This document shows, piece after piece, positions 46,281-60,388 of a stretch of 64,000 nucleotides of DNA (position 1 is its first letter; each line of letters opens with the position of its first letter). Location of the stretch: positions 72,416,001 through 72,480,000 of the forward strand of contig CM060731.1 in NCBI GenBank assembly GCA_030704615.1, written 5' to 3'. Position numbers and translations under genes: made by a program. Source of the stretch: Takakia lepidozioides. Taxonomy: Eukaryota; Plantae; Bryophyta. The notes beneath the pieces are model-generated. The model was given only the letters and a program-made list of their open reading frames with translations. It searched no databases and was not told the origin of the DNA.

Positions 46281-49200
46281 TCATGCCTTCGCGGCGAGTC
46301 CAGCAGCACCTTTGATGAGGAGAAGCACGTCATATACAACCCAAGGAAAGCTCAACAGGTGGATGTTGTTTTGCTAGCTGCAGAGTACTCACCACTGACA
46401 AGATAGTCCAGGTGGTAGGCTACATAATACCATGCAGATGCTTTCGCGAATGCATCATCACTACTCCTGTGTGTCTCTCCCTCCTTACTCTAGTCATGAC
46501 TCTTATCTATAGCCGAGCCTCCTTAGTAAGAGAGCTTATAGAGAGACGGATTTGATCTTGGACACTCCCATGTCGTTTGCCAAACTGGCGCGACACATGC
46601 ACTATGTTGCCACTCACTATCTCTGCCTCAGTTTGGATTCCATACTGGAGATTGTTGTCATGTTGTTCAAAAAGTGACCAAGGCAATGGAAAGACTCTCC
46701 CATAAACAGTGCTGAACAGTCTATGCTCAGTTACAACCAGACTTCATAGCAGAAATGCTGCACCCAAGGGTAGTAACTTCATGCAACCTAAAAACAGATG
46801 TAAGTATTTGGTCTGGCTCCATAAAAATCAGAAGCAATGATCAGGAGTAACTTTCTGATCAGCAGGCACTGCTGATAACCCTCAACAAACGATTCAGAGA
46901 CACTGTGTGCCCACCCCTCTATCTTTGGGCCTCCACAGCCATAATAGACTTCTTTCTACCTTTCGGCGCCTTTATCTCCAACCCTCCTGAGGGCATTGGG
47001 GCAGTTCAGGGTGGGGTTCTACAATCTTTTTTCCCATTTTGTCGCATAAGCTCTGAGCTTTCTGGGACGTTATAAAGTACCATTTCATTTCGTTTCGTTT
47101 CTTTCTTTGAGCTTTCTACGGACGTTATAAAGTTCCATTACATTTCATTTCTTTCTCACTCTAACTTCCTCTCATGGCACTTATATCCCTCTCATCGTAG
47201 GAGACCATTTTCTGGAGAAACAAGCATGATGGAAGCCAAACTGAACCCTAAACAATGAGGGCATGTAAGATGTTCCTCATGACAGATCTCGATTGTTAGT
47301 ATGATTCTAACCCAAAAAAGGACCAGAAGCATTCATTTCGTTCCCTCAGTTTTAGTATCTCAACCCAAAAAAAAAACAATTCAGGCAAAATTGCTGCTTT
47401 TGTCAGCAAAAGAGAGATGGGCTCAGGGCTTTCCTCAACAGTGACAGCATGATCCAGTTTCACTTCTCCGGGAGGGCAGTAGTCCATGGATTGATCAGTT
47501 GCAGGGGGAATAAGTGCCGCATGCCAGCTAACAAAGTAGAGATCCCCATCCAAATCACTGCCTGAGCATTCATTTGGATGTGGCCTGTACACCATACCCA
47601 AACCAAAGAGACTCTAAATCAAACAACTTTCTCAAGCATGAATGAATTTGCCCCGAAGTTACAAGTTCCCAGCTACTAAGGAAGTATCTGCAAAGTGACC
47701 ACCAAGTGCAAATGCAAGTTCTGTCTATCTGCCATGTGGGAAAAGCTCTGCAAGAGCCCACCTGCAACCCTTTTGAAAGAGTAGGCAGTCAACCATGTGG
47801 TGCAAGCCCGCAACTTCAACAGCTTTAAGAACTCGAATATCAACAGGATGGCTACGACCACTAATCCTGTCACAACATGCGCCACAAGTCCTTGCTCGGA
47901 GTCACCAAGTTTATACTTAGAGAAAGCTTGAAGCCCGTCACCTAAGAACGACCGATTTCCTGGAGTTGGGGTTACCTGGAGAAAGACTTCCCCATAACAT
48001 AGGGTGGCTGTTTCATCCAGGCAACCCATCAGGCATCGACCCTTCGGCACACGGATTCGAGATCGGGTGCGTAGATCTACCAACTGAGAAGCACGGAATG
48101 CACGCAACAAACCCATCACATAGGGCTCTGTGTTTGGATGATAGCCAGCAAGGAGCATCTCCGTCAGTCTTCCATGCATGTCACCAGAACATGTCATCTG
48201 CAAAGCAATTCATACATACTTTCAGAATAAGCACACCGAATTGATGGGGTCTGCAAAACTATTTTGGCTGTAGCTGGTGGATCACCGTAAGTTACTATGG
48301 CGGGGTTGCAAGGAATTCCAAGTCACAATATAGAAGCTGGGCGAATACAACACAAATGTTTGCAACAAGGCTCTTCCATCTCCATAATGTCCGTAAGGGG
48401 AAGAGCACAGACCTGCAAGACCTCAACAGCAACAGCAGCATCCTTCAACATGACATCCAGGTGCTTTACCACCTGTGCTTGCATCTGCAAAAATACGCTG
48501 TCACTCACACCAAGCGTGGATAGTAGTACTATGATTTGGTGATTCAGAAAACAGGGCAAGAAACGTGTCGGGCTAAGAACTTCGAGACCAGTGTGACTGA
48601 ATGTGAATTTGCGCATACTTGGCCGCAGTGAAAGTTTGAACTGAGACCTCGGATCCATTGCCACTACACCCTTGTATCCTCCATAGCGTATCTGAAAAGC
48701 AGAGGGTACAATCATTGTTTGCAGCTTCTTCAAACCACATTTTTGGGCAACCTCTGCCGCAAATGCTTTGGAAATTTTCCCAATCCCATCTGAGAAACAG
48801 TATTGAAACACACCATACTCATCTGCCCTCTTGATGTCAGGGAGCTGTTGCACTTCATGGGCGCAAACTTCTAGCGTGGGTGTGTATGAAGAGAAACACT
48901 GGCCCATACGGGCCGCGCACTTGGCCACATTTCGGATGCTGAGAAAGTCCATTTCCTAATGGTCTGCGCAGTTAGCAACTCGTTTGAAGCAAACATCCAG
49001 ACTGATTGCTCTCTCAAATGGCTTGAAGAAAAGGCCAAAAACTCAAATTTTTTCCCTCCCAACCTGACCCCCTTTTGCAAGACGGACAGGATTATGTCAA
49101 AGACTTCTGATCTCTCTGCAAGTAGCCCAGTGCTCCACCTTTAGCAGGGGTAGATAGAACGGTAGAAAGGACACGATTCCAATCCTCATCCACGAAGGAT

Positions 49201-49960
49201 ACTCGGAGAAAGTTGTTGATGTGAGCTGCATAATGCCTAGTCACGCGATTTGAAGTATCAATCTCAGGCTCCATGCAGTATACTTTGGTTGGATCCACGA
49301 ATAGGCGATGCACCCACATCAGGCCTTCTTCCAACTTGATGGAGGCTGATATGGGCAACTTGGTGCTCTTGTATCTTGCTAGCTCATCCCGTACATACTT
49401 CGCTGGATCCTGACAACGGACCTTTGCATCTAACATACTCTGCAAAGCCAATTTAGCATGCTCCAGTGATGTGGATTGAAGCAATTGATAGAATGTGGGA
49501 CCAAGCATTGGCCCACTCACAATGCCAAGCTGTACAAGCTGATTTACCTTGAACATAAGCTCAAAATTCACTTCAGAGCATTCTATAATTGGCACGAGCA
49601 CCTGCGATGTGACATATGACATTCGGACCTGCAGACTGATTACTCGAAAGGCAGGGGGATATGCAGCCAATCGAAAGTCTGCAAGGTTTTTGAAGAGGTT
49701 ATTTATCACTCCACTTGATATAGTGGGAAGCTGTAGTGCATATGCCAAAGACTGGCCTATGCTCCTGTTAGGAATGACATCTGTGGTTCGAACCCATGGT
49801 TCCTCCTGCTCCTCCTTGCGGAAAGTGTGAGGATCCATTGAGCTGAAACTGGCAAATAAGTCTGTCAGAAAATCCCCCGTTTTGACACCAGTCGCTCTGC
49901 GTCGGTAGACATATGGTGGGTGTGATGCCTGTGCCACAACCAAAATTCACATTGTAAACC
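46281..49960 (-). pseudogene. RDR: RNA-dependent RNA polymerase (RDR1/2-type, RDR-alpha) pseudogene
   Basis: SNRVTRHY...FLRVSFVDED, FLAFSSSHLRE, AARMGQCFS, FSDGIGKIS, FQIRYGGYKG, HPNECSGSDLDGD, KASAWY and LSFPW. Frameshifts near 49090, 48950 and 48330, a break after VTVEE, and no N-terminus. Confidence 0.9.
47053..47155 (+). repeat. Two tandem LINE-type 3' ends with (CATTT)-like tails inside the RDR relic
   Basis: TGAGCTTTCT(G/AC)GGACGTTATAAAGT(A/T)CCATT... occurs twice, each followed by CATTT/CGTTT repeats. Confidence 0.45.
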
Positions 49961-50390
49961 TTTAAAGAATCTCTGAAAGAGAGTTGAAGGGCACTATATG
50001 CAAAGTAAGATCAGCCACTTCACAAAGCTGGTAGACATGAGCAGGAAAGGCATGGTAAGACAGACACATGGATGACAGATGCAAATGGAAAGCCATCCGA
50101 GTTTCCCATGGGCACTCGTAGTTGCACAATCGTTTTGTGACTGAAACGACTGGGTTTCCAGTCGTTTCTTGAGTCGTTACTTCGGGGATTCCTACTGGTG
50201 AGTTCTGCGGAAGGGCCGACAAGCTGCAGCGTGAGCGAGGGGGGCACATGGTGCTTGGGTAAATGCTTGGCACACTTGGGGAGGAGAGAAAAAGGGAGGA
50301 AGAGAAGTGCAATGCGGAGATACTGGCGTTTGGGAGGAGGAAAGGGCTCTGAATTTTGTGATGGGGCCCACCTTCTCATTAATATAGGAG

Positions 50391-50556
50391 CAAACTACCT
50401 TCATGCCTTGAGGACTTAAAAAAATTTTGGCTTATGAAATTTGCAACCACCTCCATGCAGGTAGGCTTAGGATTGATTTTCTACATGAAGTAGTTGCAAA
50501 ACCAAGCTGAACTACCTGCATGAGAGTAGTTACAAACTACCTCCATGGAGGTACCA
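50391..50556. repeat. Array of quasi-palindromic ACTACCTNCATGNAGGTAGT motifs
   Basis: About five copies or half-copies, including AACTACCTTCATG, ACCACCTCCATGCAGGTAG, AACTACCTGCATGAGAGTAGTT and AACTACCTCCATGGAGGTA. Confidence 0.6.
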
Positions 50557-50711
50557 GTGCCAACCACCGGCACCATGTAACCCCAAACCTGCATCGCTAT
50601 ATCCCCATCGACCTACCCCCCATACCACAACCTCCACCTTGCCAACACATCGTCTTTTTTTAAGAAACAGGGCAATAGTGACCGTTTAAATGTAGTGGGC
50701 CGCTGTCAGGT

Positions 50712-53350
50712 TGTGAAGCCCCGTTGCCTCCCTTGCCCTAAATGACCTTTTTCATCGTCCAGTAGTATTCTTCATCCTTGTATTTTTTTGGCGATTTTCG
50801 TATTTTCATCCATCCGTTGCAGTCCGTTATGATCATGTTTTAGTTAGGATTAACCTAACTGCTGGCACCATCTCAGCCGCTAGTTTAATCTACAATCTAG
50901 ATGAGGCGCCGCGTAGCGGGCCTCTTGCGCCTCGCCACGTGGCAGGGCTGCACCGTCCTAAGGTTCCTTGTATAAGCGAGAAGCTGACCCTAAGTGAGGG
51001 GTTTCTGTGTTAAGGTGTATTTGGAGTGTACGAAGTTGTTCACGGCTTATGTGCATGTTATAGTGTGTGAGTTGCTACGCATTGATTCTCCTCTTGCCCA
51101 ATAGCTCCCTCTTCTCGCTTTTCCCCCTTGCATTGATCTGCTCACTTGAGAGGAATGGAGCATATCCTCTCGAGCTCATATTGTGGTGGACTACTGTCGG
51201 GTAGCGCATAGAAATTTCGCTTTCGCTGATCTCTCTGACACGCCTTACTTTGTGCTTATCTTTGTGCTAAGCAGCTCTTTAAGGGATGGCAGCCCGCCAC
51301 CCTGCTGCATTTCTGCTCTTTGTTGTGTTTTGTCCCTGTTCGTTCGTTAATCCTGCTTACGATCTGTGTTATGGCTTCTGGTGCGTCGGTCTCTAGATGC
51401 GTCGTGAGTCGTGATTAGGGAGAGAGCTTTCAAATTCAGATTGATAAATTAGTGCTAACATTTGAGACTAACCCTACTGCTATTAGTGCGCCGTTTGGCA
51501 TTGGTGCTTTGCCGGTGTCACCGATGCTTGCAGAGCCCAGTGCTAGCGTGATGAGTCTGTTGTGGTGAATCATGTTGTGCCTTTATCCTCTCCTAACAAC
51601 AGTGACTATGGTGTTGTGCTTGAAGCAGAAGACTGGCCATCGCCGAGTGCAATGTCCACCAAGCTCGCTTGACAGTTGTAATCCGGATTACTACAACTTA
51701 GATAATTTCCGTGACCCTGCAATTCTTTTGTCAAATGGTAGATGGCAAGGAACATGTTATAACCTATGTCTCTCGTCGCTTAGACCGTCATGAGAAGAAC
51801 TACTCTATATCTGACAAAGAGGGTCTTGCATTGGTTTTTGGTGCGAAGCACTTTCGACAATATCTACATGGCAATTCATCGGGACGTCACTGAATTCATC
51901 TCTAAGTGTGAGGGTTGTCGTGCTAACATTGCTCTCCCTAGGGCCCTGATCTCTTATGAACTTCAATCCTTGCCCATTACGCATGTCTTTGCTCGTGTGG
52001 GGATTGACTTGGTAGGACCCCTTGCACTCACATCAAAGGGTCATAGCTACCTTTGTGTTGTTAAGTACTGATTACTTGACTAAGTGGGTAGAAGTCAATC
52101 ATTTGTCTACCAAGAGCAGTGATGTTGTAGCTCAGTTCTTCTTTGATGATATCATTATGCGGCATGGGTGTCCCAGGAGATACTTATGGATCAAGGTAAA
52201 GAATTTTGCAATCAGCTCCTGACGGTGATTTGCTTCAATTTTGGTGAGAAGCATATTACTACAGCCCCTTACCATCCCCAAACCAATGGCCTCACGGAAC
52301 GCTTCAACCAAACTCTTTGTTGAATGTTGGAGAAGAATGGCGCACTCACCAGGGAGTAGGATACCTTTCTTCCCCTCTTCTTTTTGCTTATCGCACCGTC
52401 GTGAATGCTAGCACCAAGAAGACTCCTTTTGAGTCGATGTATGGTCACTCTTGTGTTTCTCCTTTGCATTCTTCCCCACTTATCTCTACTGTTTCTCATC
52501 TAGTTGATCTATACCTTCCTTGATGAGCTTCATGTTCGCCACGTGGTATCCATCCATGATGCCAAGGAAAACATTGGTAAGGCTCAACTTACTTAGGCTC
52601 AAAATTTTCACAAACGCGTCAAGTATTCTAACCTTTTTCAGGTGGGACAGATCGTGTGCCTTCGCTTGACATGGCAAGCATGCATGCAAATCCAAGCTCA
52701 ACATCGACGGTCCATACTTGTTGTATCAGATTTTACGTGGGCATCATGAACCTTCTTCTTCTTCTTCCACAAGGGCTTGACAATGTTCAAGCGCATGATG
52801 AACCTGTCAAGCTTACTGATCTAGTACATTCAGAGTTGGTTTTTGATCTCACATGCATCAACATGGAGGGACGGACGGTGGGATGATTTCTGGATCTTCT
52901 TCGGCTTAGTATTAGGCTGCGGTTTTGACATTACATAGTACTTAGAAAAATTTTCTTGGACTTATGATAAATCACCACATGTACTCATTGCATGGTTTTC
53001 TTATCCAAGAGTTTTGTCCTTGGCCCAATTTGCAGGCGCCAGGTTTTCCTTGGTAGGTTTTTCATCCAACAGTGGAGGGTGATTTTATCTCTTGACACTT
53101 ATTATTTTACTTACCTCGCAGAGCTCGGATTTTTCACCGGGGGTAGTCTTCACAGATGTGAAGCCCCGTTGCTTCCCTTGCCCTCAATTACCTTTTTTCA
53201 TCCATCCAGTAGTATTCATCCATCCTTGTATTTTTCGTCGATTATACCGTTGCAGTCCGTTACAATCATGGTTTAGTTAGGGTTAACCTAACTGCTGGCA
53301 CCATCTCAGCCGCTAGTTTAATCTACGATCTAGATGAGGCACCGCGTAGC
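50712..53350 (+). mobile_element. Degenerate, internally deleted Ty3/gypsy LTR retrotransposon (5' LTR about 50712-51378; truncated 3' LTR 53157-53350)
   Basis: About 200-bp direct repeat starting TGTGAAGCCCC. PBS-like TGGTGCGTC at 51379. RNase H (YVSRRL...EKNYS...EGLALVF...HFRQYL) precedes integrase (GIDLVGPL, DYLTKWVE, RHGCP, YHPQTNGLTERFN). Purine tract GGGGGTAG before the 3' LTR. Confidence 0.9.
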
Positions 53351-56300
53351 AAGGGGAGGTCGAGGCGGAGAGAGGAAATTTTCTAAGTCCTCAGCCTCCT
53401 CACCGCCTTTCGCGGACCCCATCCTGTTTTTTCCCGCTATTAGGCTCTTGATATTCAGCTACTGACGTTTTTTGGTGAAATTTTTGGAATTTACCCCCCA
53501 TAATTCCCTTACAAGTAGTTGGCCCATTTTCCAGGTCGAAATCTGGCAATTTTCCGCCAAAAAAAACACTCTGCCCCTAGAGGGCCAAAATAATGGATCA
53601 TCCACCCTATGCATTTTTTTCCATGTCTCTCCAGTCCAACAGAAAACTGAGCGTAGAGAAGTTGGGTAGCACGCGAGCAAGTTCACGCCTCTATGTGCCT
53701 GCTCACACGAGCAGAAGGATATTCCTAGGATATTCTTGAAAAGATGCACTAGCGAAATATGCAATTTGTACTATGTGAGCACAAGCCACATGAAGATGGG
53801 TTAGTCACCCTATTTCTGTGGATTAGTCACCCTATCACCCTAATTCGTTAGCGAAATAAAACAATCTCATGTCGTCTCTTATATGCAAAACCAAACACAA
53901 TACATTTTGTTTCGCCCACGAAACCATAAGATAATGACCTACGCAGCGGATACCTGGATATTTCGCCGAGGAAATCCAATATTTTGTTGGCAAAACCCAT
54001 TATTTTGTGGGCAAAACCCATTATTTCGCTGGTGAAACCCGATACCTTGATTTATTTCGTTAACGGAATCTGTTGTTTGCCTCATTATATTAAATTGTTT
54101 GATACTGCCACCTCATTTGTACAGGGTATGACATAATTAGCTACAAAATACATATTAAGTTCAGTAATTCCTAGAGATCAATATCGACAGACAATAGCAG
54201 CATACCTTGTAAGTTGCGGGGATGTCCGTATTTCCATGCACACACCCAAGTCCCGCCATATCACAAACTTAGCAACCCTCTCAGCTCTCTGTAGCCATAT
54301 CTGCCCCAGAAGGAGTCATCAGCCACTACTCCCTTCCTCCATAAAAATAAAATAAAAATAAAAATTGACTCGAAGAATCTTGGTCTACTATAATCTATAT
54401 TTTTTCATCCTGAAGAATATTACAATTCAAATGGCCAGAGGGTTAGCGCTCATAACTCGAAAGATTACTATCATAATGCTAATGTCACCAACATACCCCG
54501 GTGGAATAAAGGCAACATGGAGGAAAAGAATACAACACGTATTAAATTAACTTTAGGTGATTTTAGCAGCACATCAATCTTCACATTCTATCTCCATGAT
54601 CAATCTGACAAGATGCACAAGGATTATGGCAATTTCAAACTGAGTGAAAGCGACCATGGAAAGCTAACCACCTCCACGAGGGTAAAAGCCTTAGGGACCA
54701 TGTCCTTAAAAGGTTTACAGAAAGAGGTTAATAAAAAGGGACAAGAGACTTTACTAGCAAATTACCTCTGGACCCATCGCTGAGGCTCCGAAAAGAGAAG
54801 AGAGAACATAGAGGTAGTCTTCATTCGGAATTTTGTAATGGCTGTGGATAATATTCACGCGCTTGACAGCAAGCGACCCTCGTTTACTGCCGACATGATG
54901 GAAGGTTGCCCCCTTCAACAGAATCTCAGTGTCATCAGTTGATGCCTTAAAACCCCCTGACTAATAGAATACAACCACATGGGGCTGCTGGGGCATGCAA
55001 GACGTCACCAAAAATGTCCCAGCAATCCATGGTGCCCAGAATATATTAGTAGACTTAAATCACAGTTACGCTCTACTATCTTGAGAACTAAGCCAACCCT
55101 AGCTAGCAGTTGTGAGATAAGGGTCGGGATGCTTACAACCCATTAATTAGGTGTCATCTTTTCACAAAAATTCAAACGCAGTTCTGAGAAAGGAGGACTA
55201 TAGCACGCATAGGTTGCTCGTTCAGAATCACTTCAGGGGTCGAACAAAAGACGGAGGGGGGATGTGTGGATTTGACTAGGCTTCCTGGGGCATTGTGGCC
55301 ATAGACACTTCTCCCAGATTTTGGCAAGACACAGATAGCTAGAGAGCTGAGTCAGTGGGTGTTTTCCCAACTCGTGAAGATCGAAGTGAGGTAGTGAATC
55401 GGAGTACAAATTTGATGCTAACAGAGAAGCTTCAACTGCTCCACATTTGTATCATCTTTAACATGGTTAGCAAGTATTGGATCGTTTCTACTTTCCATGC
55501 ATATAGTTTCCATGTATGTACACAGAAGGCGAGGGGGAGGAAGAGGGGAGGCTCTTAACTCTTAACACTCCCTAATCTGGACTCAAATTCTACTCTTATT
55601 GCCTAGATCTAGGCGACCATTCAGGAGCTGCGATCAACAGTGTCCATGTAATCCTTCATTGCCATGAGGTTCCTGGTAGCTCGTTCCAAATTCCTTGCTG
55701 GTTGGGCAGACAACAGCCAGACTCCAGAGCCCCAGAAAGATGTTTGACCTTGTCGAGAGTTTTGGATATGGAAGGGATGGCGTACGTTCGAAACAATGCA
55801 AAATCCATTTAAGCTGTTTGAACCATAAAGGGAAAATCCACATTTTCCGTCATCCTTCTCACGAGATGGACATTCTTGTAGAATAATATTTAATCTAGAC
55901 TTAGGTTCCGAAAGTCAATTAATATTATAGATTCGTTCACAGGAAAGCACACAAACAACCCAAAGGAACAGCTATGTCACGATCAATTAATCCTGGCAAT
56001 AAGCATTCAGTAAGTTATCACCAATAAAATAACACAATTAAATATTCAATTCTCCTTCTCCATAGTCAATTTCTTCTTCAATAATCTCAAGATCAGTCGT
56101 TCGAATTAATATGAAACATCTCTTCATTTATTTTGTAGAATGATTCAACCAAATTAATCCACATAATAAAATTCAATCCAATTCTTATAAAAATAATTGC
56201 TTTACTTCTCTCTCCTTCACACATCATTGAATAATATAGAGCCTTCTCTCTCAGGTCTCTAGAATCACTATCATCTCTAGAATTACGAAATCTCTATTGC

Positions 56301-57399
56301 TAAGAATTGGAAACGACAAACTAGCCTCGTAGTGCTAGGGCCTCTACACTTTTGCTCAAACGACTACTTCTCTCTCACAATCACCCTTTTTATATCACTA
56401 CTTTGTTCAGCCAATTCTCCGAATTCTAACTACCCAATTGTTCAACAACCCAATTCTAACTTACCAATTCCAAATCTAACTACCCATCCCTAATTTTTCA
56501 TCCAATTCTACCCAATTTACATCCAATTGGAGGATTTTGCGATTTTACTCAATAAAAGCCCAAATAATTCTATATTCAGATTTCATTGTCTTCTACTTAG
56601 CTTTCTAAACATCGTTCTAACCAAATAGAAAAATAACTATTATTCTACATAGCCCCACTAACACTACCTCTATGCTTCCTAATATCTTGACCTCTTGCGA
56701 ACAGGCTCCTAAGACCTATGCATAAGATTTGGGTTTTGCTGCTTCTGCCAATCATACAAAGTATGTAAGATATCATGGTGATTCTTCCCGCTCTCATTGT
56801 ATAAGGTCTCATCCGCACCAATAATAAACCCAGTGAGGCACATCAGCTCCAAAATTCTGATGATCTTCTTCTGATGATAGTGCACCTTAGCCAATAGTTG
56901 ACCCTCATACTTGTGCAATTGCTCACTTTGACATTGAAAGTTACTGCGTACTTTGAACCACAATCAGCCAACACCCCAGCAAACAACGAAGCCTGAAAAC
57001 AAATTGGATCGAGATGAGTCGAATGAATTGCTTGAAATGCAGCATAAGCATTGTAAGAACTCTCTGGAGTGTCAAAATTCCCAACAATGAATGGCCAATT
57101 GTAGGGTATTGCGGTCATAGTCTCTCATTCCTTCCATTTGCCCCTTCTTGCACACTTACAATAAGACCATGCTTGCAAAATGGAATGAGGAATGGGTTCG
57201 CTCTCTCCTGCCATTTCTCGTTCTCCCAATTGAGCCATTTCCTCCTTCTTCATCGTTTGATGGTAGTCTTTTCCCATCCAAAGCACTACTTCCCTATGTT
57301 GCAGTGTTGGCATCTTAAGGCTGCGATGGGAATGCAACCGGAGAAATCTAATAGGAATCTAATAATCAAAAGGTTGATCAACAGACAGCTGGTTGGGGT

Positions 57400-58870
57400 G
57401 TCAATCAGGTTGGAGTTCAGACCTCAGGAAATTGGCAAACCCAATTGACAGACCCAAGGTCCACAAATGGGAGGCAACTTTCGGCAGAACCAACTAGCCA
57501 ATAATTGGACACAATCTCCAAGTCAACTTAATAGACCATCAGTTTGGAGAGGAGCTCCATTTCAACAACCGGAGAATCCACAACAAGGAGAGCAGCAACC
57601 GTACACTCAGTATGGAGGGCTTGTGAGATGGACCAGGAATGGCCAATATTCTGTGTGTTATCATTGTCACGAAATATGACAGTATGCAAATGGATGTCCT
57701 AACCCGAGAGCGGATAAAGAGTACATGTCGCTTTGTGGAAGGTGTGGATTGCAAGGCCATACAGTAGAGCAGCAGCTCCAGTTGTTCAGCCCAGACCTAT
57801 CCGGTGACAGAAACTATGGGAACTCTACCTTAACATTCAACCCCATCGAATCCACCAACTACTGCTCGAACTGGTGTCGACGTGCGGAGGATTGAGTTGG
57901 TTGCAGAGATGGGGTATACCTATGATCGTAGAAAAGGGAAGGAGAAGTTGGAGAACGACTTCTTTACACAAGTGGAGGAGTACTATTCCATTCATATGGT
58001 GTTGACCCGCGGGCAGAAGAGGGCTCGACCCTATAATCGGTTGACTGAAGAGCAAGGGGAAGGGATCAGTGCGCCTAAATTGAAAGAAGCAACATTGAAT
58101 TCTGAACGATTACATCATCCAGTAGATGAGGTGTTGCGTAAATTGGACGAACCTTCCCCTAGTACAGTTGGACCCCATATATTGGTCGATGGAGACGCTC
58201 CACAAGTGGATGTGTTATCTCCCCTATTAGATGGTTCATCTCCTAAATTGGATAGACCTTCCTCTATGTTGGACACGGATGCACGAATGAGGAAGCAAGT
58301 TGAAACCCGATCCTGACCCAGGTCCTCCGACTATCGATGTGACTATAGATGGAGTTGTCATTACAGAAGTTCAAGTCGAATGAGGATCCAGTGTCAGTTT
58401 GATGAATGTTGACACTATGGAGGAATTAGGACTCAGAAGATTAGAACCTACTAAGTTAGTCCTCAGGATGGCGGACCAAAGTCGAGGGAGACCCATGGGA
58501 GCACTGAAGGCAGTACCCACTTGTATAGGTACAAGGTGGATTATATTGTCTTCAGGCTTTGGGCTTTTGCATCCTCTTACCCAATATTGCTGGGGAGACT
58601 ATGCTTTTATATGGTTGGTGCAAAGAATGATTGGGGCAGAGGGACTCTACCAATTGGTAAAGGGGCGGATAAAATAGTTTTGCAAATGCACCCAATCCAA
58701 TATCATGGGGAAACCCAAGTTGAAGGGTCACCATTTACCTCAGAACCTGAAGAGGAGGATGAAGATCAGTCAGGGACACGCCAGGATTACTTTACAAGGG
58801 GAGGCACTTTGCCTAAGTACACGAGAAGTGGTCGATCGTATTGTCATGGTTTTAGTCATGGTTAACTAGA
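57400..58870 (+). mobile_element. Ty3/gypsy gag-protease relic
   Basis: Broken CCHC knuckle CYHC...C, and a protease-like stretch GSSVSLM...LRMADQS...G...YPILLGR with stops and frameshifts. Confidence 0.7.
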
Positions 58871-60388
58871 AGTACCTACTTCTAGTTAACTAGGACATTT
58901 TGGATATTCATATGTGTATTTTGTGTGTTGGGACTTCATTTGGTCTTTCATTTGGTCTCACATGCACAACAAGCATTCGTGTCTTTTCCGAATCGACTGC
59001 ATGTCCGAAACCACTGAGGGAACAACTTTGAGATGTTTGTTACTATTGCACAGTCGTAACAGACAATTTCGGCCCACGGGGGCATTTCTAATGGTGGATA
59101 GAAGTTGCGTCAGTGACTCCGCAGTCGGCGCAATATTCGCAGCGATTTAATTTAATTACTTAAATTGAAAAAAAAAAAAAAAAAAAAAACAATTACAAGT
59201 GGTTTCAAGCACTAGAGAACGACTCTTAACAACTAGGCATTTATCGCACACCCTATTGGAAAATGGAATTTTTGTAAGTGCTCTACGTGGCTCATGACGC
59301 GGAATATTTTAATGTATTTTAGGGCTTGTGCGGCTCATAGAGATTGTTTTAATCGTCGGATGTAAAATGATCTAAGGGTTGAAGACTAGCTATGTCCTTC
59401 GCCTGAAATCGTCCAAGTGTTGGGAGAGGGACGGAGGCTAGGGAGAGAGACGGGAATGGCGAACACCAATTGAGGCCCATGTCCTATTGCTGCAAGTGTT
59501 TATGGCGTCAGGGGCGCATTATGTGCAAATGTGGGCTCTTGGCTCCGCTTAGTACCATGATTTGGTATTCTTCATGATGATTACAAGGTTCTTGGGAGAG
59601 TCGGCTTGTTTACGAGCCGTTTTTCAATCTCTGCCCGCTTAGCTACACCATGGTGGTTCTCACAGACCAATCCGTCATTACCTGACTACAGACACAAGCA
59701 GCATACACAAGAGGTCTTCTTGGGTTCATGGTCAGTCTAATCCTCCATGGACAATGTGGTGAGGGCACCTTCTTCTTCGACCTATTTCAGCCTGTTTTGC
59801 TTTAGGGTTTATACTCGGCCCTGAATTTGCAGCACAGAGCTCTGGCATGAGTTTTTAACAGATCCTTCATGATGGTGGGACAACCGCAATCGCAAGGTGT
59901 GGTGTTTCATAATGTACATGGTGAAGAAGTTTGTCCATCCCGCAAATGTGGGCTTTCATATGTGTTGCCTCGAGCTCTAATGCGTTGAGGGCGTTTGTTG
60001 CAAGTCCCGGTCGCGATTAAGGACTCAAGATCAGCTTGCAGTGAGGAAGCTGTTGGCGGCTAGATCCTCTCGGCAGGCTTCTACCTCTTTGACCACTCTA
60101 AGTTCGTGTCCTTGTGAAGAATGTAGCCAAACATCCTTGAAGGAGCCATCACTGAGTGGGCATTGATCATTCTGGCTACTTTGTAAGTGAATCACAAGAA
60201 TGCAGCAAAACATCCATGAAGGAGCAGGGATTGAGACAGTACACATGAACTGTCAAGCATTAACTAACAGTACACAAGGTCGAGCATTGCACAAAAGCAC
60301 TATAAAACACGCAAACTCATGGACTGAAGTCTCTGTATATTATACCGGTAGTCTCTCGTCCCCATTTGAGCCACTATGGCGGATCAGA

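Noticed and set aside
46281-49960. Viral RdRp or endogenous virus
   Set aside because: The DLDGD motif and spliceosomal intron identify a cellular RDR.
50391-50556. CRISPR-like array
   Set aside because: The context is eukaryotic, the repeats are degenerate with irregular short spacers, and there are no cas genes.
54300-57340. Specific genes or LTR boundaries in 54-57 kb
   Set aside because: Purine-tract-plus-TG starts are visible on the minus strand (about 55566 and 56663), but I could not find a partner LTR or a diagnostic protein motif.
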